A stretch of DNA of 64,000 bases from a virus. A model generated the notes under the pieces. It saw nothing but the letters and a program-made list of their open reading frames with translations, was not told where the DNA came from and searched no databases. The translations under genes and the position numbers were made by a program. How positions within the stretch are numbered: the stretch's first letter is position 1; each line of letters begins with the position of its first letter. The stretch spans positions 32,001-96,000 of IMG/VR virus record IMGVR_UViG_3300021963_000038. One strand, written 5' to 3'. Positions 38,509-47,472 of the stretch are shown in pieces.

Positions 38509-38878
38509 TTATGTGAACCAGATTTTGTATGGTAAAAAGAATCTGATTGTTGATGAGGTCACAGAAAAGTCATATACACCTTTTCTGGTCAACCGGTCTT
38601 TGTCCTACCACAAAGACTGTATTGGATATGCCAATGAGATGAACCGCCGCCACCATCTGGACAAGAAGTTACAATTCGATTTTTTACTAAATACGATAAG
38701 GTCACAAAAACGACCTTTTGCAAAGTGGGTAAAATCTGAAAAAAGTGAAGATATAGAATGTATTAAAGCCGTCTATGGTTTTTCAGATATCAAAGCTCGT
38801 GAAGCTCTACGCCTACTTAGTAATGAACAAATCCAACAATTAAAAGAACAAACCGATATCGGTGGATTAGGAAAGTGA
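38495..38878 (+). CDS. gp62: clamp loader small subunit gp62
   Basis: YTPFLVNRSLS, ANEMN, LQFDFLLN. Confidence 0.9.
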   Translation: MNPFDYVNQILYGKKNLIVDEVTEKSYTPFLVNRSLSYHKDCIGYANEMNRRHHLDKKLQFDFLLNTIRSQKRPFAKWVKSEKSEDIECIKAVYGFSDIKAREALRLLSNEQIQQLKEQTDIGGLGK

Positions 38879-38879
38879 A

Positions 38880-39293
38880 ATGGTCGATTTAACCAAGTTT
38901 GTTGAGGTTACACTCAATGAACATGATGACTTTTTGAAGGTAAGAGAAACACTTACCCGAATTGGTGTATCATCTCGCAAAGAAAAAGTTCTATACCAAT
39001 CTTGTCATATCTTGCATAAGCAAGGACACTATTACTTGGTACATTTCAAAGAACTATTTGCGTTAGATGGTAAACCAACAAACATCTCTGAGAATGATAT
39101 TCAGAGAAGAAACGCAATTGCAAAATTATTGGAAGAATGGGATTTGGTAAAAATTATAAACCCCAAAGTAATCGGTGAAGATGTTGCACCGTTACACCAG
39201 ATTAAAATAATTGCTTTCAAAGAAAAAGATGAATGGGAATTAATACCAAAATATAATATTGGTAAAAAACCAAACGAAAATCATAATTATTGA
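38880..39293 (+). CDS. regA: translational repressor RegA
   Basis: DDFLKVRETLTRIGV, LYQSCHILHKQG, VHFKELFALDG. Confidence 0.96.
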   Translation: MVDLTKFVEVTLNEHDDFLKVRETLTRIGVSSRKEKVLYQSCHILHKQGHYYLVHFKELFALDGKPTNISENDIQRRNAIAKLLEEWDLVKIINPKVIGEDVAPLHQIKIIAFKEKDEWELIPKYNIGKKPNENHNY

Positions 39294-39300
39294 ATAAATA

Positions 39301-39377
39301 GGATTTGTCCGTAAGGACAAAACCAACGCCTTAGGGGTTGGTTATTTCTGTAACTCGCTTAATAGGAGAACTATATG
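39301..39377 (+). promoter_or_regulatory. structured hsp20 leader, ROSE-like thermometer candidate
   Basis: Two hairpins, then CTCGCT-taat-AGGAG pairing over the SD; AATAAATA late box at 39293-39300. Confidence 0.55.
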
Positions 39378-39845
39378 ACACTAGGACATATTTCATTTGG
39401 TCCGTTACATCATACGACACTTGGCTTTGAACGCCTGTTTAACGACATGGAAAAAATGTTGGATAATAATATTTCAAAAGCCGTATCAAACTTTCCACCA
39501 CACAACATTCTTAAACTAGACAACAATCGCTACATCGTAGAATTGGCAGTCGCTGGTTTCTCAAAGAATGAGATTGATATTACTGTTGAAGATGGTAGTT
39601 TGATTATTAAAGGTGAGAAAGAAGAAAAAGAAACTGATGTTCAATATCTACATAAAGGTATTGGCACTCGTTCTTTCACCAAAACACTCCGTATCGCCGA
39701 TACTGTTGAAGTTAGAGGTGCGGAATTTGCTGATGGTATTCTTAAAATTGGTTTAGAGAATATTGTTCCTGACCATAAGAAACCACGCAAGGTCGAAATC
39801 GGCAAACAAATTAAGTTTGCCCAACCTGAACTACTAACAGAGTAG
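39375..39845 (+). CDS. small heat shock protein Hsp20 (IbpA-like)
   Basis: NFPPHNI, ELAVAGF, YLHKGIGTRSF, GILKIGL. Confidence 0.93.
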   Translation: MTLGHISFGPLHHTTLGFERLFNDMEKMLDNNISKAVSNFPPHNILKLDNNRYIVELAVAGFSKNEIDITVEDGSLIIKGEKEEKETDVQYLHKGIGTRSFTKTLRIADTVEVRGAEFADGILKIGLENIVPDHKKPRKVEIGKQIKFAQPELLTE

Positions 39846-39853
39846 TTTGCCTG

Positions 39854-39881
39854 AAAGGTGCGGTTGTTTGCCGCACCTTTT
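39854..39881 (+). terminator. rho-independent terminator after hsp20
   Basis: aaaggtgcgg / ccgcaccttt stem. Confidence 0.7.
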
Positions 39882-39926
39882 CAAAATTTGTGTTATAATG
39901 ATTGCATCTTAGCGGAAAATTATATT

Positions 39927-40856
39927 ATGAAAATAGCACTCGCCTCAGACATTCATCTAGAGTTTGCGGATATCAATTTAAAGAATACAGAAAATGCCGA
40001 TGTATTGATACTCGGTGGTGATATCTGTGTGGCTGCTGATATTGGTAAACCAGACCCTCATGGTTTTTTAGAAGGCGCTCGTAGCAATCGTATTAACGAT
40101 TTCTTCAAGCGGTGTTCATTCCAATTTCCTCATGTAGTGTACATCATGGGTAATCACGAACACTATCATGGTGATTTTGCCACAAGTGGAAATAAAATCA
40201 AATCAATGTTAGAATCTAATATGTTGAGCAATGTGTATTTGCTTGACAAAGAATCTAAAGTGATTGATGATGTTACATTCATTGGTGGTACTTTGTGGAC
40301 CGATATGAACAGAGAAGATGATATGACTCTATTACACATTCGTGGAATGATGAATGACTTCCGTTGTGTGAAGAATTCTAACCGAACGGTCTCTCGTAAA
40401 GTTCCTCTTTACAAGAAAGATGAGAATGGACAATACATCAACGAAACAGTTGGCGGTATCAATCGTCTAGTTGAAGATGGTTACAAATTCAAAGAAGAAG
40501 TTTCTACATTTTCACCAGAAGATGCTGTTGTTGACCACAAGAAAATGCTTGGTTATATTCAAACTGTGATTGAAGGTAAGTATGACCAGAAGTTTGTTGT
40601 TGTTGGTCATCATGCACCAAGTCGTTTATCAACACATCCTCGATATGCAAGAGAAGAATTGATGAATGGTGGTTACAGTTCTTCATTAGATGAATACATC
40701 ATGGAACATCCACAAATTAAATTGTGGACTCATGGTCACACACATGAAGATTTTGATTACATGGTAGGTTCTACCCGTGTCGTTTGTAATCCAAGAGGTT
40801 ATGATGGTTACGAAGATAGAGCAGACCGCTTTGAATTGAAATACATGAATGTATGA
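39927..40856 (+). CDS. calcineurin-like metallophosphoesterase
   Basis: SDIHLE, GDI, GNHEHY, HHAPS, HGHTH, CNPRGY; start moved to ATG 39927. Confidence 0.88.
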   Translation: MKIALASDIHLEFADINLKNTENADVLILGGDICVAADIGKPDPHGFLEGARSNRINDFFKRCSFQFPHVVYIMGNHEHYHGDFATSGNKIKSMLESNMLSNVYLLDKESKVIDDVTFIGGTLWTDMNREDDMTLLHIRGMMNDFRCVKNSNRTVSRKVPLYKKDENGQYINETVGGINRLVEDGYKFKEEVSTFSPEDAVVDHKKMLGYIQTVIEGKYDQKFVVVGHHAPSRLSTHPRYAREELMNGGYSSSLDEYIMEHPQIKLWTHGHTHEDFDYMVGSTRVVCNPRGYDGYEDRADRFELKYMNV

Positions 40857-41199
40857 TATGAGTGATTACAATCCAGATAAGTGGTTGGTTGTTAAGATTA
40901 CTGGTCGTCCCAATGAAAAACCAGCATATAAAGTTTTTGCTTGTTGGTATGGAGGATACCTTGGTTCAGATTCTTGGAAACTGAATAGTGGTATCACCAA
41001 AGTAACTGAAACAACTGACTACTTCTTTTTTGATGGTCATAGTGGTTCAACTTATTCATGTCGCAAAGGTTCTTATGGTGCTAATGGATATGGTTATGGT
41101 GTTCTAGAAGATTTGATTCAAAAAGCAGAATCAAATGATATTACAATTGAAGTGTTACCCGAAGATACAAAATGGATGAAATTAAATTATGAAAACTAA
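40849..41199 (+). CDS. conserved phage hypothetical protein
   Basis: PDKW, W.GGYLGSDSWKLNSGI motif. Confidence 0.6.
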   Translation: MYDMSDYNPDKWLVVKITGRPNEKPAYKVFACWYGGYLGSDSWKLNSGITKVTETTDYFFFDGHSGSTYSCRKGSYGANGYGYGVLEDLIQKAESNDITIEVLPEDTKWMKLNYEN

Positions 41200-41347
41200 C
41201 AGCAACTTTAAACTTAACAAACAAACAAAACGATTCATGGCTACCATGATTAATGATACTGAACGAAACATCTACAAAAAATTAATGATTGGTGCTCAAG
41301 TAGATTCCGAAAAACCAGCACCAAAAGAAAAGCGTAATGAAAAATAA
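41189..41347 (+). CDS. small hypothetical protein (52 aa, not in the ORF track)
   Basis: MKTNSNFKLNKQTKRFMA... fills the gap and overlaps both neighbours. Confidence 0.5.
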   Translation: MKTNSNFKLNKQTKRFMATMINDTERNIYKKLMIGAQVDSEKPAPKEKRNEK

Positions 41348-41852
41348 ATTCAAAGATGCCTACATGAAAGTGGCGGAGACATTTGCAGAATTGTCCTCGG
41401 CTCGTAGACTTCATGTTGGTGCCATCGTAGTCAAAGATGATAGAATCATTTCAATTGGTTACAATGGTATGCCTGCTGGTTGGGATAACAACTGCGAAGA
41501 TAAAGAATACATGAGCGTAGATGCCGGAGGTTGGTTAGACCCTAATGAGATTTATGAACAATGGCCGATGCAAGAGCAACAATTACCAAAAGAAGATAAT
41601 CGTTGGCTTCGTTACAGATTAAAAACTAAACCTGAGGTACTTCATGCTGAAACAAATGCGATTGCCAAGTTGGCTAAATCTAACGAATCTGGTATGGGTG
41701 CTACTATGTTTATTACCCATGCTCCATGTTTGGACTGTGCCAAACTTATCTACCAAAGTGGTATTAGCAGTGTTCTATATCGTAACACTTATCGGTCTGA
41801 AGATGGTATCACTTTTCTACAAAAAGCAGGAGTAAGTATTGAAAAAATCTAA
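41337..41852 (+). CDS. cd: dCMP deaminase
   Basis: SIGYNG, HAETNAI, PCLDC zinc motifs. Confidence 0.92.
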   Translation: MKNKFKDAYMKVAETFAELSSARRLHVGAIVVKDDRIISIGYNGMPAGWDNNCEDKEYMSVDAGGWLDPNEIYEQWPMQEQQLPKEDNRWLRYRLKTKPEVLHAETNAIAKLAKSNESGMGATMFITHAPCLDCAKLIYQSGISSVLYRNTYRSEDGITFLQKAGVSIEKI

Positions 41853-42033
41853 AAGATACACAACTAAAGTGGTAGAAATTTGTGAGAATGGTGATGCGAT
41901 TGTTGAATTGCCTGATGAGTTAGTTAAAGAACTTGATTGGCAAATTGGCGACACACTTGATTATGAAATGAAAAACAAAGTTGTTTATATAAAAAATCTT
42001 AGTAAGGAAAAAAGAGATGCTAGTATTGCCTGA
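41839..42033 (+). CDS. AbrB/MazE-like small DNA-binding protein
   Basis: GDAIVELPDELVKELDWQIGDTL swapped-hairpin pattern; TTG start. Confidence 0.6.
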   Translation: MKKSKRYTTKVVEICENGDAIVELPDELVKELDWQIGDTLDYEMKNKVVYIKNLSKEKRDASIA

Positions 42034-42475
42034 TAATATGATAGGTAGACCAATTGGTTTTACCTGCTCAACTTTTGATTTACTTCATGCTGGTCATATT
42101 TTGATGCTTGCTGAATGTAAAACTATTTGTGATTATTTAATTGTTGCTGTTCAAAGCGACCCAACAATTGACCGACCAGACACCAAAAACAAACCTGTTC
42201 AGTCGGTTGTTGAACGATATGTACAACTTTCTGCTGTTAAATTCATTGACCAAATTATTGTTTATGATACAGAAAGAGACCTTGAAGATTTACTGATGTT
42301 CTTACCTATTAGTGTTCGTATTATTGGTGAAGAATACAAAGATAAAGAATTCACAGGTAAACAGATTTGTGAGGACCGTGGTATTAAAATTTGGTACAAC
42401 TCTCGCAATCACCGATTCAGTTCTTCTGAATTGAGAAATAGAACCTATCAGTCTGAATTGAAAAGGAAAAGTTAA
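42017..42475 (+). CDS. cytidylyltransferase (TagD-like)
   Basis: FDLLHAGH (HIGH), DYLIVAVQSD, R.HRFSSS. Confidence 0.88.
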   Translation: MLVLPDNMIGRPIGFTCSTFDLLHAGHILMLAECKTICDYLIVAVQSDPTIDRPDTKNKPVQSVVERYVQLSAVKFIDQIIVYDTERDLEDLLMFLPISVRIIGEEYKDKEFTGKQICEDRGIKIWYNSRNHRFSSSELRNRTYQSELKRKS

Positions 42476-42477
42476 TC

Positions 42478-42828
42478 ATGTCTAATATGGCACTTGATGT
42501 GAAAGTCTTTATTGAAGCGTGTGACCAAGAAATAACAGATGAAAATGCAGGTCTTTACACCAAGTTAATTATGGAAGAATATGCAGAATTTTTAGATGCA
42601 GAATCGGATGTAGAAGAACTTGATGCTTGCATGGATATGATTTGGGTTATTCTAGGTTATTGTTACATGAGAGGTTGGAATGTACATGGTGCATGGGAAG
42701 AAGTTGCTAGGTCCAATCTAGCAAAGATTGATAGAAAGACTGGTAAAGTTATTAAAAGAGAAGATGGTAAGGTGTTGAAACCTGAAGGTTGGACACCACC
42801 AGACCTCAAAAGTTTTGTTAAGAAATAA
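42478..42828 (+). CDS. MazG-like/PRA-PH NTP pyrophosphohydrolase
   Basis: LIMEEYAE..ELDACMD, EVARSNLAK, REDGKVLKPEGW. Confidence 0.85.
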   Translation: MSNMALDVKVFIEACDQEITDENAGLYTKLIMEEYAEFLDAESDVEELDACMDMIWVILGYCYMRGWNVHGAWEEVARSNLAKIDRKTGKVIKREDGKVLKPEGWTPPDLKSFVKK

Positions 42829-42838
42829 AGGAAATAAT

Positions 42839-43288
42839 ATGTCAATTACAATTAGAAACCTTGAAAGTGCATTAGCTGGAGAAAGTAAGGCACATATCAA
42901 GTATCGTTATTTTGCGAAGATTGCTCGTGAAGAAGGTTATGAGGATGTTGCAAAACATTTTGAACACACAGCAGACCAAGAGATTCTCCATGCATGGGGT
43001 CATCTTGAGTTATTGATTGGTAAACCATCAACCAAAGAATGTTTGGAGTTGGCCATTGAAGGTGAAACATATGAATACACCACAATGTATCCCGAAATGA
43101 AAGAAGATGCAATTGCAGAAGGCAATAAACAAGCAGAACTTGAAGCTTCACATCAAATTACTGAATCAAGAAATCATGCAGAAGAATTTAAAGAAGTGTT
43201 GGTGAAGGCACAGAAACGATTTGCAGCATTAGAAAAGATTGAAAAACGTCATGCTGATGCTTATAAACGTGTACTTGAAAGTGTATAA
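42839..43288 (+). CDS. rubrerythrin-family diiron protein
   Basis: NLESALAGES, FAKIAREEG, QEILHA, GETYEYTTMYP, E..H motifs. Confidence 0.9.
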   Translation: MSITIRNLESALAGESKAHIKYRYFAKIAREEGYEDVAKHFEHTADQEILHAWGHLELLIGKPSTKECLELAIEGETYEYTTMYPEMKEDAIAEGNKQAELEASHQITESRNHAEEFKEVLVKAQKRFAALEKIEKRHADAYKRVLESV

Positions 43289-43467
43289 TGGAAACGCATA
43301 AAAGGACAATAGTAAGAGCAATTAGTTGGCGAATTGTAGCAACACTAGTTACAGCAATTTGGACAGGATTAAGTGGTGCAATTGTGATTAATATCTTTAT
43401 GACAGTAGCACATTATATCCACGAAAGATTATGGTTAAAATTAGATTGGGAGAAAATTAATGAGTGA
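43288..43467 (+). CDS. DUF2061-like small membrane protein (59 aa, not in the ORF track)
   Basis: METHKRTIVRAISWRI...YIHERLW..W. Confidence 0.7.
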   Translation: METHKRTIVRAISWRIVATLVTAIWTGLSGAIVINIFMTVAHYIHERLWLKLDWEKINE

Positions 43468-43594
43468 ACAACATATATGTGTAGTTTGTGGCCATGTCCA
43501 CGATGATGAAACAGAAGGTAAATGGAACGAATTACCCGATGATTTCGTTTGCCCTGAGTGTGGTTGCGGCAAAGAAGATTATGAAGTTCTTTAA
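43460..43594 (+). CDS. rubredoxin (44 aa, not in the ORF track)
   Basis: CVVCGH...WNELPDDFVCPECG..KEDY, two CxxC motifs. Confidence 0.88.
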   Translation: MSEQHICVVCGHVHDDETEGKWNELPDDFVCPECGCGKEDYEVL

Positions 43595-43598
43595 AGTC

Positions 43599-43627
43599 TT
43601 GCCATCTAACATCAACTATGTTACAAT
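43599..43627 (+). promoter_or_regulatory. sigma70-type promoter
   Basis: TTGCCA-17 bp-TACAAT with TG extension. Confidence 0.65.
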
Positions 43628-43648
43628 ACACCATTAAATTTATTAACT

Positions 43649-43885
43649 ATGAAAGAGAATATGAATATTCGTGAACTTGCTAAGAAACTGGCAGTTGAGT
43701 ATAAACTTCCTAGAGCAGATAAGTATGACTTATATCTGCGAGAGATTGACAACAAGGTGGAGGTTCTTGGATGGGTTCAAGACCCAACACAAAGCATGAA
43801 CGACTTCCGTGGTCGTGAAATGCTTTTTCCAAAACGCTGGGTCACCATTGGCGTTTTGCCAGCGGAGACTAAGGTAAATGTATAG
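43649..43885 (+). CDS. hypothetical protein
   Basis: 78 aa ORF downstream of a promoter. Confidence 0.55.
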   Translation: MKENMNIRELAKKLAVEYKLPRADKYDLYLREIDNKVEVLGWVQDPTQSMNDFRGREMLFPKRWVTIGVLPAETKVNV

Positions 43886-44054
43886 AGTAGCATACTATCG
43901 AATAGGTGGTACGTCCGTGGATTTTAAAGATTTTGAATCTTTAACCGAAGCGGTTAATTTTTCAATTAAATTACCGATAGAATCGGTTTTAGAAATTAAA
44001 CATTATGACAGTAAAACTAATAACTTTCAAGACCAACCATACGATTCTAGGTGA
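43878..44054 (+). CDS. small hypothetical protein (58 aa, not in the ORF track)
   Basis: AAGG RBS; MYRVAYYRIGG...; fills the gap. Confidence 0.4.
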   Translation: MYRVAYYRIGGTSVDFKDFESLTEAVNFSIKLPIESVLEIKHYDSKTNNFQDQPYDSR

Positions 44055-44316
44055 AGTAACAGACTTACCTGAAAATGATTATGTACTTGTAAAAGATAGT
44101 GTTCAGGTTGTTTCAGTGCCACCCACTAGTCAAAATCCACAAGGTGGTATTTCATTTCTTCCTTTTGTTGAATATGCAAAAGAATTCAAAACAGGATTCA
44201 AAATTAAAAGGCAAGATATCTTAATGATTAATGACCCAATACTTGAGGTTGAAAATCAATACAATAAAATTTTTGGTTCTGGTATACAGATTGCCTCTGG
44301 CAACTTTAAAATCTGA
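44005..44316 (+). CDS. conserved hypothetical protein upstream of gp43
   Basis: 103 aa; VKLITF..ILGE, NQYNKIFGSGI. Confidence 0.6.
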   Translation: MTVKLITFKTNHTILGEVTDLPENDYVLVKDSVQVVSVPPTSQNPQGGISFLPFVEYAKEFKTGFKIKRQDILMINDPILEVENQYNKIFGSGIQIASGNFKI

Positions 44317-44328
44317 TATAATATATGA

Positions 44329-46875
44329 ATGAGTAAATTTTATACATCGGTTGCCAGCGTAGGCAACAACATACTTTATCGTGGCGTAGACAATGGCAGG
44401 CGAGTTAAATCTAAAATAGGTTACTCGCCTACTTTGTTTTTGTCATCCAAAAAAGATTCACCTTGGAAAACATTGAAGGGTGAAAGTCTTGAACCAATGA
44501 AATTTGACGGCATTCGTGATGCAAGAGATTTCATTAAACGATATGAAGGCGTTGAGAATTTTAAAATCTATGGCATGAATAGATTTGAATACGCTTTCAT
44601 CACCGAACAACATCGTGGCATGATTGAATGGGATATCGAACATATCTCAATCGCTGTTGTTGACATTGAGGTTGGTTCTGAGAATGGTTTCCCTGACCCA
44701 TATCTTGCAACAGAACCAATTACAGCAATTTGTGTCAAGTATTCTGATGGCACTTGTGTGGTTTTCGGTTGTGGTGATTATATAATTAAAGGCACAGAAA
44801 GATACATCAGATGCAAAGATGAATATTCTCTGTGTAAAAACTTTATAAACTACTGGCAAGAAAATTGTCCTGACGTTGTTACTGGATGGAATATCAAGTT
44901 CTTTGATATGCCTTATCTTGTTAATCGTCTGCGTAAAATCCTTGATGAAGAAGAAACCAAGAAGTTGTCACCTTGGAATATGATTACTGAACGCAAAGCC
45001 AATGTCAATGGTCGTGAGATGATTGCATATGATTTTCTCGGTGTATCTGCACTAGACTATATTGAATTATATAAATGGTATGCGCCAGGTGGTAAATCAC
45101 AAGATTCATATCGCTTGGATAATATTGCACAAGTTGAACTTGGTGAAGGTAAGATTGCATATGATGAGTATGATAATCTTCATGCTTTGTATCGTTTGAA
45201 TTATCAAAAGTTTATTGAGTATAACATTAAAGACGTTGACTTGATTTGGAAACTTGATGATAAGTTGAAGTTGCTTGAATTGGCAATTACTCTTGCCTAT
45301 GATACAAAGTCTAACTATGATGATGTGTTCGCACAAACTCGTATGTGGGATTCTCTGACATATTCATATCTGTTAGATAAAAAGATTGTTGTACCACCAA
45401 GAGTTATCAAAGATAAAACCTCAGCATTTGAAGGCGCCTATGTTAAAGACCCACAAGTTGGTCTACATGATTGGGTTGCATCATTTGACTTGAACAGTTT
45501 GTATCCTCACTTGATGATGCAATATAACATTTCACCAGAAACACTAATTGAACCATCTGATTATACGGATGATATGCGTAACATTATTATGAACGGTGTT
45601 TCTGTTGAAAAGATGTTGAATAAAGAAGTTGACACTTCTAAGATGGAAGGTGTTACTCTGACACCTAACGGACAATTCTTTCGTACCGACAAACAAGGTT
45701 TCTTACCAAAGATGATGGAAGAAATGTATGAAGATAGAAAGAAGTTTAAGAAGTTAATGTTGAAAGCAAAGCAAGATTATGAAAATGAAAAAGATAAATC
45801 TAAATTATATGAAATAGAAAAGAAAATTGCTCGATATAATAATCTACAACTAGCAAAGAAAGTTTCACTAAACTCTGCTTATGGTGCCTTGGGTTCACAA
45901 TACTTCCGATTCTATGATTTGCGACAAGCATTGGCAGTAACTCTGGCTGGCCAACTTTCCATTCGTTGGATTGAAAACAAGCTAAATGAGTATATGAATA
46001 AACTTTTAAAGACTACTGGAATAGATTATGTTATCGCCTCAGACACAGATTCGATTTATCTCCGTCTTGGTCCATTGGTTGAAAAAATCTTTGCTGCGGG
46101 AGGTAAAGTATCGCAGCCAGCACACAAAACAATCGAATTTATGGATAAGGTATGTGAAGATAAAATTCAACCGTTTATTGATGCGAGTTATAAGGAACTC
46201 GCTGAATATGTTCACGCATACAAACAAAAAATGGAAATGAAGCGAGAAGGTCTATCTGATAAAGGTATCTGGACTGCCAAGAAACGATACATTCTTAATG
46301 TGTATAACAATGAAGGTGTTCAATATAACGAACCACAAATCAAAGTGATGGGTCTTGAGATGATTAAATCATCTACACCTGCCGCTGTTCGTGATAAGAT
46401 GAAACAATCAATTGGCATTATGATGAACGGTTCAGAAGAAGATATACATAAGTTTATAGATGATTTTAAATCGGAGTTTAAGACATTACCTGTTGAAGAT
46501 ATTTCTTTCCCTAGAGGTTTGAATGGTCTGAAAACATATTCAGATAGTGTAACGATGTATAAGAAAGGCACACCCATTCATGTTAAGGGTGCAATCATAT
46601 ATAATTATCACCTGAAACAAAAAGGATTAGATAAGAAATATCCTTTCATTCAAGAAGGTGAGAAATTGAAATTTACTTATCTGAAACAACCGAATCCTTT
46701 TAAAGATTCAGTAATATCTTTTCCTCAAAGATTACCAAAAGAGTTTGATATGCAGATGTATATTGATTATGATACTCAATTTGAGAAGGCCTTCATTGAA
46801 CCAATTAAAGTGATTCTTGATTGTATGGGATGGTCTATTGAGAAAAAGACCTCATTGGAAAGTTTCTTTGGATAA
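44329..46875 (+). CDS. gp43: family B DNA polymerase gp43
   Basis: DIEV exonuclease motif, SFDLNSLYP, K..LNSAYG, DTDS; clamp-binding tail SLESFFG. Confidence 0.97.
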   Translation: MSKFYTSVASVGNNILYRGVDNGRRVKSKIGYSPTLFLSSKKDSPWKTLKGESLEPMKFDGIRDARDFIKRYEGVENFKIYGMNRFEYAFITEQHRGMIEWDIEHISIAVVDIEVGSENGFPDPYLATEPITAICVKYSDGTCVVFGCGDYIIKGTERYIRCKDEYSLCKNFINYWQENCPDVVTGWNIKFFDMPYLVNRLRKILDEEETKKLSPWNMITERKANVNGREMIAYDFLGVSALDYIELYKWYAPGGKSQDSYRLDNIAQVELGEGKIAYDEYDNLHALYRLNYQKFIEYNIKDVDLIWKLDDKLKLLELAITLAYDTKSNYDDVFAQTRMWDSLTYSYLLDKKIVVPPRVIKDKTSAFEGAYVKDPQVGLHDWVASFDLNSLYPHLMMQYNISPETLIEPSDYTDDMRNIIMNGVSVEKMLNKEVDTSKMEGVTLTPNGQFFRTDKQGFLPKMMEEMYEDRKKFKKLMLKAKQDYENEKDKSKLYEIEKKIARYNNLQLAKKVSLNSAYGALGSQYFRFYDLRQALAVTLAGQLSIRWIENKLNEYMNKLLKTTGIDYVIASDTDSIYLRLGPLVEKIFAAGGKVSQPAHKTIEFMDKVCEDKIQPFIDASYKELAEYVHAYKQKMEMKREGLSDKGIWTAKKRYILNVYNNEGVQYNEPQIKVMGLEMIKSSTPAAVRDKMKQSIGIMMNGSEEDIHKFIDDFKSEFKTLPVEDISFPRGLNGLKTYSDSVTMYKKGTPIHVKGAIIYNYHLKQKGLDKKYPFIQEGEKLKFTYLKQPNPFKDSVISFPQRLPKEFDMQMYIDYDTQFEKAFIEPIKVILDCMGWSIEKKTSLESFFG

Positions 46876-47472
46876 ATTATGAGTTATGTTTATTTTATAT
46901 TAGATGAAAAATCTAAAGCAATAAAAATTGGTAAAGCAAATAATATAGAACAACGACTTTCTGATTTACAAACTGGAAATCCTAATATTCTAAATGTAAT
47001 TCATCAAATTGAATGTAAGTCTGAGGAACATAGTTTCTTTACAGAGAAAAAATATCATAAACAACTGAAAGAATTTCACATAAATGGTGAATGGTTTCAT
47101 TATGATGAACCAACATTTGAAAAAATCTTTAGTGATGATATAAATTATAAACCAAAAGAGAAAAGAAATCCACTAAAAATAACTACATTATTTGGTGAAG
47201 AATGTATAGAGATGTTTGGTATTAAAAACAGTCCTTCATGTTATTTTTATCCAAATTTAATTGCACAAATAATGCATAATTATGAAGAATCATCGAAATT
47301 AAAAATACCATTTAGAACTATGGAATATCCAACACATGGAAAACCAATGTTATTACCTTACTCCAATAAAAAAGATATGGTTTTTATTTCAACTAAAAAA
47401 CATAAAGAAAATATGGAACTGAATAGATTTAAAAGTATTGAAATTAATTCATTGGAGAGTTTCTTTGGATAA
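46852..47472 (+). repeat. 24-bp direct repeat (46852-46875 and 47449-47472) bracketing the endonuclease gene
   Basis: tcattggaaagtttctttggataa versus tcattggagagtttctttggataa, 23/24 identical. Confidence 0.85.
46879..47472 (+). CDS. GIY-YIG (T5orf172-type) endonuclease, probable homing element
   Basis: YVYFI..IKIG....RLSDLQTGNP..GEWF; AT-richer than neighbours. Confidence 0.8.
   Translation: MSYVYFILDEKSKAIKIGKANNIEQRLSDLQTGNPNILNVIHQIECKSEEHSFFTEKKYHKQLKEFHINGEWFHYDEPTFEKIFSDDINYKPKEKRNPLKITTLFGEECIEMFGIKNSPSCYFYPNLIAQIMHNYEESSKLKIPFRTMEYPTHGKPMLLPYSNKKDMVFISTKKHKENMELNRFKSIEINSLESFFG

Noticed and set aside
41839-42033. MazEF-type toxin-antitoxin pair
   Set aside because: No toxin-like gene adjacent; neighbours are dCMP deaminase and a cytidylyltransferase
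44329-46875. Intron or intein in DNA polymerase (also checked gp17, gp41, uvsX)
   Set aside because: ORFs are continuous, of normal length, and show no intein splice motifs
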